A stretch of 64,000 nucleotides of DNA from the human T2T-CHM13v2.0 reference genome, Homo sapiens. Below, one piece after another: positions 31,341 through 48,491 of this stretch; the stretch's first letter is position 1; every line of letters starts with the position of its first letter. The position numbers were made by a program, and so were the translations under genes. The notes beneath the pieces were generated by a model. The model ran no database searches and had not been told where the DNA came from. It saw only the letters and a list, made by a program, of their open reading frames with translations. The stretch is taken from the NCBI RefSeq assembly GCF_009914755.1, contig NC_060925.1; one strand, 5' to 3'.

Positions 31341-32659
31341 TAACACAGTCTATCCCTTAAGTAAAACCAGGTTGGGCGGGAAAGGCTGCAGCCACCGGTG
31401 AAATCACCCCTAGGTCAGGACACTCAGCAAGAGAAGGTGGCCTGCCTTGGAGCCACCTGAATACGCAAAATGGAGTCAAGTATCTGCAGAGGAATTTGGC
31501 AGAAAACGTGTGGCATATTGTATGACCTGTTTATAGAGATCGTCCTGAAAAAATAAAAAAAGGTTGAGGACTCAGGAGGGCGTAAGCAATGACTAACCTA
31601 GTTAGCTAATTACGGGAGTTACACAAACCGGCTTCAGGGTAAAGTCCATTCAGGGGTTACTCAAGACCAGCCCCACCCCCAACAGGTACTGTGGAGGCCC
31701 GCAGCCGAGCTGGGCCCGAGTCCCTTCCTCCACATGCACACCCCTTCCGGGCTGCACATCCAGGTGCCATGCCATCTCAGGTTGCTGATACATCTGTTGG
31801 CTTGTGCCCCGGCTAACAGCCATGACTGAACCTCCCAGTGTGTGATGATGGCAGTTCTCACCTGGAACAGCACAGAAGGGCAGCCTGCTGGCTCTACAGC
31901 TCTCTTGGACCCCCATCCTCCTACAGACCCTCCACTTCCCTTCCCCAGTAACCTGGACTCCTACCCAGGAGTTGCCAACCAATGCACTGGCTGAAAGTGG
32001 AGGCCACTTGGAAGGCTAAACTTTGTGGATGTATCAAATGTCCTTCCTGAGACAGCCCCAAAACAATGCAATTTCCTTTCTCAGCCATTGCCCCAATAAA
32101 GAAACACCGCTGTGGATGCATCTAGTCATGGCCAACTGAAACGGCATTCTAGACACCTTGGTCTGCCTTTGCAAACAGCATGTGCACACCCAGGGCACAC
32201 TGCACACACTTGCACATGCCACACTCATGCACGCTGCTGAGAGAGGGTGGGCATGAGGAGGGCCCTGGAGTCTGACGGTCACAGAATGCTCGAGACTGCA
32301 TTATCCTCTAGGATCTTGTCCTTTGGCAAAATGAAACTCAGAGGGTCAGAGTTTCAGAGTGTCAGGAAATGACAAAGCTGAACCTCAAGCTCTGATGTTT
32401 TGGCCACAAAAGGAAATGCAGGCACAGCCAGATGCCTAGAAAAGGGGAAAAGAGGGCTACCGTGCTTCTTGGATTCCTGCCCGATTTTTCTCTTTGACCA
32501 TCACTAGCCATGAAGAGGCCCTAATAACCAGGCCCCTTTGTAACTTACCTGGAATATTGGAGGGCTCACTTCCACACATGTATTGAGGGTCTACTATGTG
32601 CTATGCACTGTGCTAGAAACTGAAATGTGCCAAAGCAGTTCTTGCTCTCAGGATGTTTA

Positions 32660-33115
<456 letters not shown>

Positions 33116-33250
33116 TCAGGTGAGGATTTTGCAGGAAGAATGGGAGCTGTCAGGAGGGTGAAAAACGGCGTTATCCCTGGCCAAGGGAACCATGCAGGTG
33201 GAACTCAGTGATAGAATAAGGCAGCAAAGTGGAGTCAAGAATGACATCCA

Positions 33251-33875
<625 letters not shown>

Positions 33876-34535
33876 AGAATGACATCGAGGTGTTCTGTCT
33901 TGGACAAGTGGGTGAATCATAGCACCCTTATCCCACATGAGAAATACTGAAGGACAGGCAGACATATAGAGTAAGATGGTGAGTTTATTCCCCCACCATC
34001 TTGAATTCGAGTTATCTGTAGGATAGTCAGGTGTAGGTATTAATGTGCACCTGGACAAGTGAGTGTGGAAAAGAGTGTAGAGGAAAGAGGCCAGGTAAGT
34101 AACCTCAGCAAGAGAATGGTAGACTGTGGAGTAGATGGGGTAAGGAAATGAAGATGGAGCATGTAGGCTACTCCTAAGCTGGTGTAGTTAAATAAGGAGA
34201 AGAGCAAGAGTCCTGCAGGCTTATGGAATACAGCCATTGGGTTTCTAGCACGAGGAAGGGATGGGTGATCCTCCATTGATGTGAGGCCAAGGGTGCGCAT
34301 GGACAGGCCAGCCTCAAATAGGAAGGGGGCTGTTCTCAGCTCCTGGAGAGAAGAAGAGAAAGACAAGTAGGAGAGGAGGGAATCAGGGAAGTAGGGACAA
34401 AGGGGGACAAGAAGTTGAGAACTGTGTTTTGTTCTCCCTATGAAAATAAGCTTAATGAAAATTGCCTAGCTCATTAGGTTGTTTTTTAAATGACCAGGTA
34501 AATTCGTCTTTATTTTATTTTATTTTATTTTTTCT

Positions 34536-35010
<475 letters not shown>

Positions 35011-35259
35011 TAAAAGCATCTTTAGAGAAATAAACTAATTCTAAGTGTACTCTAATCATACCTTTCCATATGATACATACATTTATTGATTATACAGCAA
35101 ATGCCTTGGGGAGAAAAGATTCCCTGGATCTGGCAACACTGAATTATTTCACTGAGATTCCTCAAAACCATGAAAACAATCAGTTTCAGCTGATAAATAC
35201 ATGAAATGTCAAACACTATGAAGATTTCGACTATCCCTACTTAGAATAATCAAAATCAA

Positions 35260-35918
<659 letters not shown>

Positions 35919-36044
35919 TCATCTGATTAAAAGGCTCTCTGCTTTCATGTCCTATTCTTACAAACTCAAGAACTTGACACAAACTTCAACCTCCAAATAG
36001 AGAAGCAGCTCCACTGTACAGAGCCAAGTAAAAATGCCTTTGGT

Positions 36045-36168
36045 GGCTGGGCACAGAGGCTCACACCTGTAATCCCAGCACTTTGGGAAGCCAAGGGGGA
36101 AGGATCACTTGAGGCCAGGAGTTCAAGACCAGCCTGGGCAACATAGTGAGACTATCTCTACAAAAAAA
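36045..36168 (+). mobile_element. FLAM_C
   Basis: Monomer with A tail; AAAA(A/T)TGCCTTTGG flanks. Confidence 0.85.
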
Positions 36169-37333
36169 TGAAAAAGTGAAAAAAAATTGCCTTTGGAGAC
36201 AGAAGTTTGAGGGCATTTTGAAGACTTTTATGTGCGGAGAAATTTCAAGCTTGAAAGATCAAAAGGCAAGAAGAAATAAATATATCCAGTATTTTGAAGG
36301 ATCAAGGGATCAAACTGCTCATTTGACCAACTGGAGACTTACAAGAGCATTGGAATGTGGGTCGGATCCAATGTGGATAAACTCAGCTATGGGCTTTTAA
36401 ACCCATTACCCACTGGGAACAGGATTCTGAAGGCAAATGGCAGGTGTGTGAATAGGTGTAGGACCCACATGATAGGCCCTGTCTGGCAAACGCCCAATGG
36501 CATGCTACACCAAATGAAGAAAACAGACGTGAGTTCCCTGTCTCGTGGATCCCCTGGGTTCACACTGCAGGGCACATTGCAAAGGAATGAGAGCACCCAC
36601 CACTGCAAAGGGAATACCAGAGCTTGGGCCAGAGGGCAGCACAGTAGCCCTCCCACTGCTTATGAAGAGGAGGTTAAACTTCCCCACCAGAAGCCCTGGG
36701 GCAAGAGAGAGGACTAGACGGGAGGAGGGGAAAAGCGTGTCACCTGGCACCGATGACAGACTCGTCAGCGAGAGCCAAACCAAGCCCTTCAGTGAGTCAC
36801 ACAAACTGTGGAGTTTGAACTGAACATCTACAAGGAGCGTGGAGGCTGAGCTTCTCAAGAGTCCTGCTTGCTGTGCCAGGAGCATTCCTGTGGTCCTGTC
36901 AGGGTGCCTGGGTGGGGCTTCACTCTGGGCTCCAGAAGCTACTGCTCAAATGCCGCATCCTCTCAGCAGGACAACCAAAAGCTGGGGAGAGGAAAGGGAG
37001 AAGACTCAAGGGAACATGACCCTGACTTCCCAGAAGGATGAAGCCACAGATGCCACCGCACCTGGCTGGGAGCCAAAAGTCATGACGTGATGTGGGAGCA
37101 AATTACAGAAACTCTTGGGCAGGAGCTGAGGGCTTGAGTGTCCAAATGAGATACAGCCTCCTCTTCCTGATCCCATTCTTTTCCTCTTCGAAAGGTTCTT
37201 TGTGCATTTTAAATTCAAAGGAAGGGTTTGGACAAAAGGGAGGCTGTTCCATCCAGAAAGCGCATACTTGTCAGAACAAGCCGTCTGCCAGGGCGTCTGG
37301 CAGGGAAGGGCTGGGGGCCACGGGCTGACTTAC

Positions 37334-37500
37334 CTGAAGTCCTCGGGCAGTGGCAGGGGCCCAGAGCACCTCCCCACTGTGAATCAGAAGGAGGGCATTC
37401 CTCCACTGTTACCAGCATCTCCATCTCCACCAAAACAAGCCAAGCCTTTCCCTTTCCCACGTTCCTGGGTCGAGAAGCAGGTGTGGTCCTTTGCAGCAAG
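37334..37500 (-). ncRNA. Candidate 167-nt internal exon (minus strand)
   Basis: Acceptor GTGTTTTTCGTTGATGTCAG|C at 37501 and consensus donor CAG|GTAAGT at 37333. Confidence 0.5.
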
Positions 37501-37894
37501 CTGACATCAACGAAAAACACATTCCTTGGCCCTTCGATTCCTATTGACACACGCAGTTTCTGAGGCTGAGTTACACCTGACCTCTGGGTCAGTCCCTGTT
37601 TACTCATCCGCACAACCCACTCATTTATCAGATAATGACCCAGCCCTTGGATGTGACTCCTGCTCGGCCCCAGGAGGAGTGGGCAGTGTGTCAGGGAGAC
37701 CTCCCTCAAGGGGCTCGCAGGCTGCCCCGCACTGGCGATGGCACCCAGGAGGACCTTTGCATGGTATCTACTCATATAAAACATGCCCCTCCTGACCCCC
37801 GCCTCCTCTTCATTTATTTCCTTGCATTTATTCATTCATTCAAAGGATAGATATTGGGTTCCCCTGGTGCCAGGCTCCACAAAAACTTTTCAGG

Positions 37895-38370
<476 letters not shown>

Positions 38371-38441
38371 CAGAATAGAAAAGTGTGGAGGATGTAATGG
38401 TGAACCAAAGCTGGCATGATTCCATCTCCCACATAACTTAC

Positions 38442-38498
38442 CTTTCAGTAAGAGAAGACATCAGAAGCAAGCAAGCGAATAAATAAGCCAGATAGGTT
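38442..38498 (-). ncRNA. Candidate 57-nt exon (minus strand)
   Basis: Acceptor CCCTTCTTATTCACAG|A at 38499 and donor AAG|GTAAGT at 38441. Confidence 0.4.
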
Positions 38499-39674
38499 CT
38501 GTGAATAAGAAGGGCCTCGGAGAACATCAAGACTGGGAGAGGGGCTTAGTCCTCTCTGAGGAAGGGACGCAGGCCTTAGGGATGAAGGGCAAGCACATTT
38601 CAAGCTCGGTCCCCTGAGGAGGGGAGCCCAAAAGGAAGCCGTGATGGGGGGTTCGAGCTGCCGGTGTGAAATGGAAGGCTCAGCCAGACGAGGCATGTCC
38701 TCGCTCATCAGACACAGGCACGCTCTGGCCCAGAGCAGGATGGCCTCGGGCCTGGCCTCCACCCATGGGGCTTCCTCCTCTGAGGCAGAGAACTTTGAAA
38801 AGAAGTCACCCACGTGGTTTGCTTCTAACTCTCCCAGAAAGGCAGCAAATGTGGCTTGTTATACTAGGGAGAGAGGCCGTCTCGGTGAGGACACTCTGGT
38901 GGCTCACGATTGGCCTGATTTCCTCAGATGACGCTGGACGGTCAGAGGCCGCTGACCCTCCAGTCCCTGTCCCCTAGGGACCCCGGCCAGCGTCAGTGGC
39001 CAGTCAGCTCCTGCCAACGCCTCCTGGAAACTGCACCGTTGCCCCACTCGTGGGTAAGACCCCATGTAGTCCTTGAGCTCTTTTTCTCAGGAGGGGCTGA
39101 TGCATGCACGGCCAGGGCCCTGGGCCTGGCTGCCCAGCTCATCCTCGCTTCCAGAAACTCCCCTTCTCCCTGCTGCATGGGACTGGTGCCAGGCTGCATC
39201 GTGGTTTGGCTTGGGAGCAGCGTGCCTCCCTCCTGAACGTCGCAGCTCTGTGTGCTTCCCGAGGTGACGAATGACCTTGATTCACATTGGTGAAGTAATG
39301 GCTTTCCTCCTCAACCTTCTCATCCATTAGTCACGTTGCAACACGGCCCTGCATGGCACAGAATGCATTCCCAGGAGCCAGCTCAGGGAATTGCAAACAC
39401 CTGCCAGGCTCGGCTTACCAAACTCACAGTCACACAGTCAGCCCAGGTGCCCGGAACTGCCTTGGCCCGCTGCCACCAAAGGCCCCACAGCAGGGACTTG
39501 GGAAAGTCTGAGAGCAAAGGCCAAGGACTGGAGCTTAGGTCCAGGTCTCCCCTTGCTCCGTAACTTTGGGCAAATGACTTAACCTCTCTTAGCTTCTGCA
39601 TCTATACATCGCCAATAACGCTACGAGCACTGGGGAAAAGCAAATGAGAAAGTGGCTGCAGAAGTATTTTGTAA

Positions 39675-40162
<488 letters not shown>

Positions 40163-40230
40163 TGAGGAATAGAAATGATGTCCCTGAATCCATTTCTGGG
40201 ACATGGAAAGACATAACACAATGTTTCTAG

Positions 40231-40770
40231 TACAGGTTGAATATGCTTCTCATTTAAATACCTAGGGGGCTAGGCACAGTGGCTCATGCCTGTAATCCCA
40301 GCAATTTGGGAGGCCCAGGCAGGAGGATCACTTGGGGCCAGGAGTTCAAGACCAGCCTGGGCAACAGGGCAAAACCCTGTCTCTACTAAAAATACAAAAA
40401 TTAGCCGGGCGTAGTGGCGCATATCTGTAATCCCAGCTACTCAGGTGGTTGAGGCACAAGAATCACTTGAACCCAGGAGATGGCGGTTGCAGTGAGTCGA
40501 GATCACACCACTGCACTCCAGCCTGGGTAACGGTGCAAGACTCCATCTCAAAAAATAATAAACAGCTTGGGAATCACAGTGTTTTGGAGTTTGCATTTTT
40601 TTGGATTTTGGAATATTTGCATAATATGCTTATCAGTTGAGCATCCCAAATCCAAAAATCCAAAATCCGTAATGCTCCAATGAACATTTCCTCTGAGCAT
40701 CAGGCTGATGCTCAAAAAGTTTCAATTTCTGGAGGATTTCGGGTTTTTGGTTTGGAATGCTCAACCTATA
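40231..40770 (-). mobile_element. MER46A/Tigger4a (TcMar-Tigger) split by AluS (40267-40560, plus strand)
   Basis: TA-CAGGTTGA...TCAACCTA-TA termini; internal CAGTTGAGCATCCCAAATCCAAAAATCC...AATGCTCCAATGAACATTTCC. Confidence 0.82.
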
Positions 40771-40945
40771 TATCAGTAACTAAACTTCCTGTGTAAAATC
40801 TGAGAAACAAACCCCATGCCACATTGCAAAGCATTGTAATAAGATGCCAAGAAATATCTATAGGTGTATGTATAGTACAACCTCTGCCCCAAAATCATTG
40901 CTTGGAGACTTGGGATTGGAACCTACATTGCATTAATGGCTATTA

Positions 40946-41202
<257 letters not shown>

Positions 41203-41463
41203 TCACACACGGCCCCACAACCCACAAAGTCCTCCCTACAGGACCACACCCCTGCTCACCACCCTCACATCCTCTCTTGCTACCATCCAAGAGCAGCGTC
41301 CTCCCCCAAGCTTTGGACAGGCCACCCTCATTCCCCTCTCAGGGCTTTTCCGCAGTTGTTTCCTCCCGCTGGAATGCTGGTCCTCTGGTCTGGGTCCTTC
41401 TGCCCTTTGCGGAGCTGCTCGTGCAGACACCTTCTCTGATTCCCTATCTAAAATTTTTGCTCA

Positions 41464-42093
41464 GTCAGGCACAGTGGTTCATATCTGTAATCCCAGCACT
41501 TTGGGAGGCTCAGGTGGGAGGATCCTTTGAGCCCAGGAGTTCCCAGCTTGGGCAACACAGCAAAACCCCATCTCTACAAAAATATTTTTAAAAATTAGCC
41601 AGGCATGGTGGTGCACACCTGTAGTCCCAGCTATTCAGGAAGTTGAGCCAGGAGGATCACTTGAGCCCAGGAGTCTGAGGCTGCAGTGAGCTATGATCAC
41701 ACCACTGCACTCCAGCCTAGGAGACAGAGTGAGACCCTGTCTCAAAAAATAAAATAGCCAGGAGCAGTGGTTCACACCTGTAATCCTAACACTTTGGGAG
41801 ACCAAGGGGGGTGGATCACCTGAGGTGAGGAGTCCAAGACCTGCCTGAGCAACATGGTGAAACCCCGTCTCTACTAAAAATACATTAGCCAGGCATGGTG
41901 GTGGGCGCCTATAATCCCAGCTACTCAAGAGGCTGAGGCAGGAGAATTGCTGAACCTGGGAGGTAGAGGTTGCAGTGAGCCGAAATCATGCCACTGCACT
42001 CCAGCCTGGGCAACAGAGTGAGACTCCATCTCAAAAATAAAATAAAATAAAATAAAATAAAATAAAATAAAATAAAATAAAATAAAATAAAAA
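41464..42093 (+). mobile_element. AluJo (41464-41755) plus AluSx (41757-42093) with an (AAAAT)n tail
   Basis: Two dimers head to tail. Confidence 0.9.
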
Positions 42094-42907
42094 AGTTGTT
42101 CCTCCTCTCCTACCCTCCCCTCTAGCCAATCTCTGTCCCATTATGCATTTTTAGTGTCCTTATAGCATGTCACTCTCTGAAATGATTTCTTCTTAATTTT
42201 ATGTATTGACTGTCTCCTATGTCTCCTATGAACACCATAAAGGCGGGGCCACATCCCCCTCATTTACCACTGGAATGGAACAATTCCTGGGCCAGAACAG
42301 GGTGCTTAAAAAGCATCTGTTGACCCCCTCCAAGAGTCCAGTAACTTCAAGCAAGCTGAGCAGGAGAGCACCAACACCTCTCGAGTTGCCAATGGCCAGT
42401 TTCAACACCTCAGACAGTGGGGCCCACGGCCGAGCTCCTGCCATTGCATCTGAGGCCTCCAGTGCTAAGGGAGAAGCCCTGGGCCTCTTCCACTTTTGGC
42501 CTCCTTCTCTGCTGGAGCTGCACCAATTTCCACAGGAGTTGGTGACGGGGCACGAGTTGGCCCCGGTGCTCCACACCCAGAGCCCTGGGCAGGAGAGCAC
42601 CTTCTCCCTTTCTTGGCCTCACCACCAGGACCGGCAAGCTTTTCAATTCCCCCATCTGCAAGACAGGGACAAAGAATGCTTTGTCACCCCACCTACTTCT
42701 CACGGGTGTTATGAAACAACTGTTTGCTCGGAAAACACTTTGAGCAACTTGGGGAAAGGTGCCCGGGGCTCAGATGACGCCTGTTGCATTTGATCCAGGC
42801 CAAGGAAGGACTGTGCCAACTAGTCATCCGGTCACCGCCGCACCCCCCGGAGGAGCAGGAGGCACAGCAGCTTCTCCTGTGTCTCCAAGCCTGTGTCACA
42901 AAGCCCG

Positions 42908-43014
42908 TTGGCCGTGCCGTGGTCCCAGAATCTACCCACAAGGTGTGTGTGTGTTCCTGCCATTGGCCGTGCCGTGGTCCCAGAATCTTCCCACAAGCTG
43001 TGTGTGTGTTCCTG
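42908..43014. repeat. Two-copy 55-bp tandem repeat
   Basis: TTGGCCGTGCCGTGGTCCCAGAATCT(A/T)CCCACAAG(G/C)TGTGTGTGTGTTCCTG at 42908 and 42963. Confidence 0.92.
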
Positions 43015-43138
43015 GGGCTGCCTGAGCCACTGGTTTCAGCAGAATCTGAGCTCTCTATGGGCCTGGACAGTGGCCTCCAAACACCCAGCCTACCCTTAGC
43101 CAAGAAGAAGGGCCGAGGGTCACCTGGGGATAACATAC

Positions 43139-43254
43139 CTGAGCTCCTGCCCTGCCGGGCGGGGCTGAGATTTTGCTGCCAGCATCGCAGGCAGGGAGCT
43201 GGGAACAAAGGCAAGTAGTCTTGGCTCCCCAGCCTCGGGAGGGCAGATCGTAAC
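43139..43254 (-). ncRNA. Candidate exon (minus strand)
   Basis: Donor CAG|GTATGT at 43138; possible acceptor CCTGCCTGCTTGCAG|G at 43255. Confidence 0.3.
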
Positions 43255-43549
43255 CTGCAAGCAGGCAGGTGCCTCCTGAGCCGACAGCAGTGGCAGCAGC
43301 CACCTCGTTACTATGACAACCATACTTGGCCACCATCACTCTGTCTCCAAGAGGGGCCAGCCCCAACCTTGACCACACAGGGTCACCCAGGGCTGCCCAA
43401 GGTGGAGAATGGAGAAGAACCCAGGCGAAGGCAGGCCAAGGGCCGATGGACACACCTCCCCTTTAGTCAACAGCTCAATCTAAGCTTCAGACTGGACATT
43501 CGACTCAAAGGTGGGACAGGCCTCTCTCTCTCTCTGCAGCATTCACCCC

Positions 43550-45060
43550 AGGCTGCTGCTTCAAGATAAACCCCTCTCCCTGCAGGTGACTTCAGCAAGG
43601 CCTTTAGCAGACAGTGAACAGCAGACAGCATGCATGTTTAATTATAACTCTCTTGCATAGGCAGGGCTGGCTATATACAGTATGTCTGCCTGTTACTAAT
43701 TATATTTACTTTCAAACGAAGTGGGGGAGATCTTCTGAAGATGAGTCAGAAAACAAAAAAGCCCTTCGTTGTTATGAAAGCAGGGGAACGTCTCCTGAGA
43801 GCGTCTGAGCAGCACTGTCACTGCCTGACAATGGAAAACCTGAGCGCCAAGGCAGCCAACCCAGTAAACACTGCACGCTGGCTTTCCTGGCCCAGCGTCC
43901 CTTCGAGCCAGTGCCTGAACTGCATACCAAACCACAATCAATAGGAAAGGCGTTCTCCCTCCCGGACAGAGTGGCATTTAGAGCCTGGCTGGCTCTTCCT
44001 GCAAAGACAGGGCGACTCGGCGATCTGCTGTCACCTTAATTGGGAGGCAGCGTTCCAGTTGAAACACAGCAAAGGTTTTTTCCCTCATCAAAGGAGAAGC
44101 ATTCTGACCAGATGGCTGAATTGAAAAGGCTTCATCCTCAGCCTCCACACAGCCAACGGTGTTATTAATAACAACACTGCGAATGCCACAAATCACATGC
44201 GAACACCTAGAAACCCAAAATAGTCACCACACGCAGAGCAGTTGTCCGCGCCTTGGCGGCGATTAGGTCATTGTACTAATTTCAGCTGGACGCAGCCTCA
44301 CACACATATGTGGACTCACATCCGTGTCTGTCTGTGTGTTTGAGGTCTGCAAGGGTGAGGTGCCCGCGGTTGTTTGAGGGGAACTGGTCCCCAGGCCCCA
44401 CTCAGCCATCAGCTGCCTCTTCTGAGAAGACTGCGTGGGCAGCCCTGCCTCCTCTCCACACAGACGCCAGAGTAAGCCCAGCCGAGGGTGACACATCCGC
44501 CCAGGAGAGCCATGCAAACTCATACTGTTCAGAATGGGTTTTCCAATCGTTTTCTAAACAGTCACACTTGTTTTGTTTGCTTTCTTCCAGGAAGGCTGCA
44601 CTGTTTTGGAAAAGTAGGGGGAGGACATTTTTTTAAATGAGTTCACTTCCTGAGTCTTTAAAATATTTCCCTGTAGACAGAGTATTGGGAAGCTGTGGCC
44701 AGAGGACAGAGCGGTCTCAGGTGGGCGGCACCCGGAGTATGAGGATCAGAGCGTGTCCCCCCACGCGCACTCTTCACAAGCCGGGGAACTGGAGTTGGCA
44801 ACGAGACAGCAAGGAAGGAGCTGGGAGAGCATCCCTTCCCAAACCCCCATCCCACTTCCCACCACCCTCCAAGAAAATGTTTCTAAAGCCAGGTTGGAAT
44901 TTGGAATGGGTTTTCCTGTTTGTCCGGGCAAGGTTGAATTGTGAAATCACATTATTCAAAAGAGAAGAGAAACAGTAGATATGAGAGACTAGTCACTGGA
45001 GATTTTATTAGGAAGGAATCATGAGGGTAGCCAGCATGAGTCAAAGTGCATTATTTTACC
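43550..45060. promoter_or_regulatory. Repeat-free candidate enhancer/promoter region
   Basis: AP-1 TGAGTCA at about 43742 and 45037, TCF/LEF CATCAAAG at about 44086, E-box CAGATG at about 44110, palindrome GTTATTAATAAC at 44161-44172, GGGTTTTCC twice. Confidence 0.4.
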
Positions 45061-45289
45061 CGTTACTCGTGGTCGCCCTATGAAGCAAATGGTGGTGAGC
45101 CTATTTCACAGGTAAGGCCCCGAGAGGTGAGGTGGCAATCCCAGGGGCCCTCTACCCACTCCCACAGACTAAGTCGGCTTCCCTGCTGGACACCTTAGCA
45201 ATCTGCACCATTCCTTCATTGCTGGAGTCATCACTGGAAGTGAAAGTTATTTGCAGGGTGAGTTGGCCTATGTCTGTCACTCCCCACTA

Positions 45290-45735
<446 letters not shown>

Positions 45736-47189
45736 CCCTCTTGTTCTAAAGGAAGAAAGAAGGCCCAAAAAGAGAAACATGGCAACGCCGAGCATGCCAG
45801 CAGAAACATAACATGACCCACTTCAAAACCAGTGCCACAAACCCTTCCAAATTCACAAAACACTGGGGCCTGGAGGGCCTGGTACCTGGGCAGTGAATAG
45901 GCCTTTCCACTTCCTATCGAGGCACTGGACGGTATGCATAGGGAGTGTCCCCCCACATGCAGCAGATGGGGTACGAGTGCCCTTCCGACAAATGGAGAAT
46001 CAAAGACAGAGACAGCAGTGCTTTATCCTGAAAGTAGCTCGAACAGCAAGGGCAGAGCTTGGCATCAGATCTGTCAGCCCTGCCCATAATTCCCTGATCA
46101 GATCACAGATGGAAGCAATGCTCTAGTTTTCAGAGCAATGGTCCAAATTCTAGTTTTACCCCACAAAGATTACACCCAGCCTCAAAGTGTGGGGACCTGG
46201 TCACTGAGAAAGCCTCCCTTTTCCCACCCTGGCTCCCCCTGCTCCCCTCAAAGCCCCCAAGCTTCACTAGAGTGGGTAATGAGATGAGGAAGAAGAGCAG
46301 ATGGAAGAGCAGGCAGAAAAGGAGGGCTGGAAAGAGGAAGGACCCTCCCACCACCTCACCAAACTGAAGGCTGTGCTCCCAGCAGGCCTGCTGGGGTCTT
46401 GTCTTCCATGTGTTTTAAGGCACAAGCATTTGTAAAGGCCTGTTGGCTCATTGTGTTCCTGGCCTTGTCTTAGCACTAGAACTCCTCAGGAAAAACACAG
46501 AGCCCTGCCCTCGAAAGGCTTCCAGTCTCACAGCAAACCAAACAGTACAGCTTAGAGGTCTCCAGGCACAAAGGCTGCTTGCCATTCCTGGCTTTTCCAT
46601 TCTCCCAAGTCCGGGTGAGGAAGTTGTGCTGTTCCAGCCTCAAACCAAGCCAGGCACTCCCTTTGGGCCTCTTAATTTCTGAATTCTGCTGGGTCAAGGT
46701 TTATGAGAAAGTGGATGCAGTCATTTCTAGGAGAAACAGAAGTGGGGAACTTGTAACACATCACCCCTAAGGAGACCACACTTGGTTCCTGGGTCACACC
46801 GAGTACATGGGGACAGTTTGACTCATCACATCTCCTTTCCTCTGGTAAGCGGCCCTCTGGAGCTGCGGCATAAATGCTGAGCCCAGGGCCCAGAAGAGTC
46901 AGGACTACCCTGTGGGCACCGTGTGTAACACACACCAGAAAATGCCCGAGACCCACGGCACGCGACTTAGCAGCTGTCACGGAGCACGAGAAAGCGCGCC
47001 TTCCACCATGAATTCTCTCTAAAAGCCATCTGACTACAGCAGCTCAGATGACTTTGTTCTTAGTGTTACATTTTAACTGACAAAGTTTAACAACAACTAT
47101 GACTTACGGCCTTCTAAAATTGGCAGCAAAACAGGAAAAAACACAAGTGAAGCCACTCAGTACCATGCATGATTTCTGTTGTTTCTGAG

Positions 47190-48491
47190 CATGTGTGCAT
47201 GTGTATATGTGTGTGTTATGTGTATGTGCATATGTGTATGTGTGTATGTGTGTAGGAATGTGTTGTGTGCTATGCGTGTATGTGTATGTTATGTGTGTGC
47301 TTGTGTGTTATGTGTATGAGTATGTGTGTATGTGTGTTATATGTGTATGTGTGTGTTGTGTGTATGTGTGTGTAGGTTATGTATGTGCTATGGTTGCATG
47401 TTATATGTTATGTGTGTGCATATGTGTTATGTGTGTATGAGTATGTGTGTTGTGTGTGTTGTATGTGTGTGTTGTGTGTGTGCATATGTGTTGTGTGTGT
47501 TGTGTTTGTGTGTTATGTGTGTGTGTATGGTGTGCGTTATGTGCATGTCTGTTACGTGTGGTGTGTATGTATGTTATGTGTGTGCTATGTGTGTATGTGT
47601 ATGTTATGTGTGTGCTTGTGTGTTATGTGTGTATGAGTATGTGCATATGTGTGTCATATGTGTATGTGTGTGTTGTGTGTATGTGTGTGTAGGTTATGTG
47701 TGTGCTATGGTTGCATGTTATATGTTATGTGTGTGCATGTGTTGTGTGTATGAGTATGTGTGTTGTATGTGTGTGTGTGTGCATATGTGTTGTGTGTGTT
47801 GTGTTTGTGTGTTATGTGTGCTTGTATGGTATGCGTTATGTGCATGTCTGTTATGTGTGGTGTGTATGTATGTTATGTGTGTGCTTGTGTGTTATGTGTG
47901 TATATGTGTGTATGTGTGTTATAGCTGTATGTGTGTTTGTTGTGTGTATGTGTGTGTAGGTTATGTGTGTGCTATGGTTGCATGTTATATGTTATGTGTG
48001 TGCATATGTGTTATGTGTGTATGAGTATGTGTGTTGTGTGTGTGTTGTATGTGTGTGTTGTGTGTGTGCATATGTGTTGTGTGTGTTGTGTTTGTGTGTT
48101 ATGTGTGCGTGTATGGTATGCGTTATGTGCATGTCTGTTATGTGTGGTGTGTATGTATGTTATGTGTGTGCTATGTGTGTATGTGTATGTTATGTGTGTG
48201 TTGTGTGTGCATATGTATTATGTGTATATGAGTATGTGTGTCTTGTGTGTTGTGTATTTGTATGTACGTGTTATGTGTGCATGTTATGTATATGTTATGT
48301 GTGTATGTGTCATGTGTATGAGTATGTGTGTACATGTGTTGCATGTGCATGTGTTGTGTGTGTGCATGTGTGTTGTGTGTGTTCATGCATGTTGTGTGTG
48401 TTGTGTTTGTGTGTGCTATGTGTGCGTGTATGTGTGTGTTGTATGTATGTGTGTTATGTGCATGTGTGTTATGTGTGATGTATGTGTGTGT
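47190..48491. repeat. 1.3-kb degenerate (TG)n/(TATG)n repeat with a ~270-320-bp higher-order unit
   Basis: Markers GTAGGTTATG at about 47372, 47689, 47956 and GCGTTATGTGCATGTCTGTTA at about 47535, 47833, 48120. Confidence 0.95.

Noticed and set aside
34040-34366. 108-aa hydrophobic ORF
   Set aside because: Lies in an L2 remnant; compositional artefact
37215-37835. 206-aa minus-strand ORF (longest non-repeat ORF)
   Set aside because: No recognisable domain, and it reads through a strong acceptor/donor pair; more likely a chance ORF overlapping a non-coding exon
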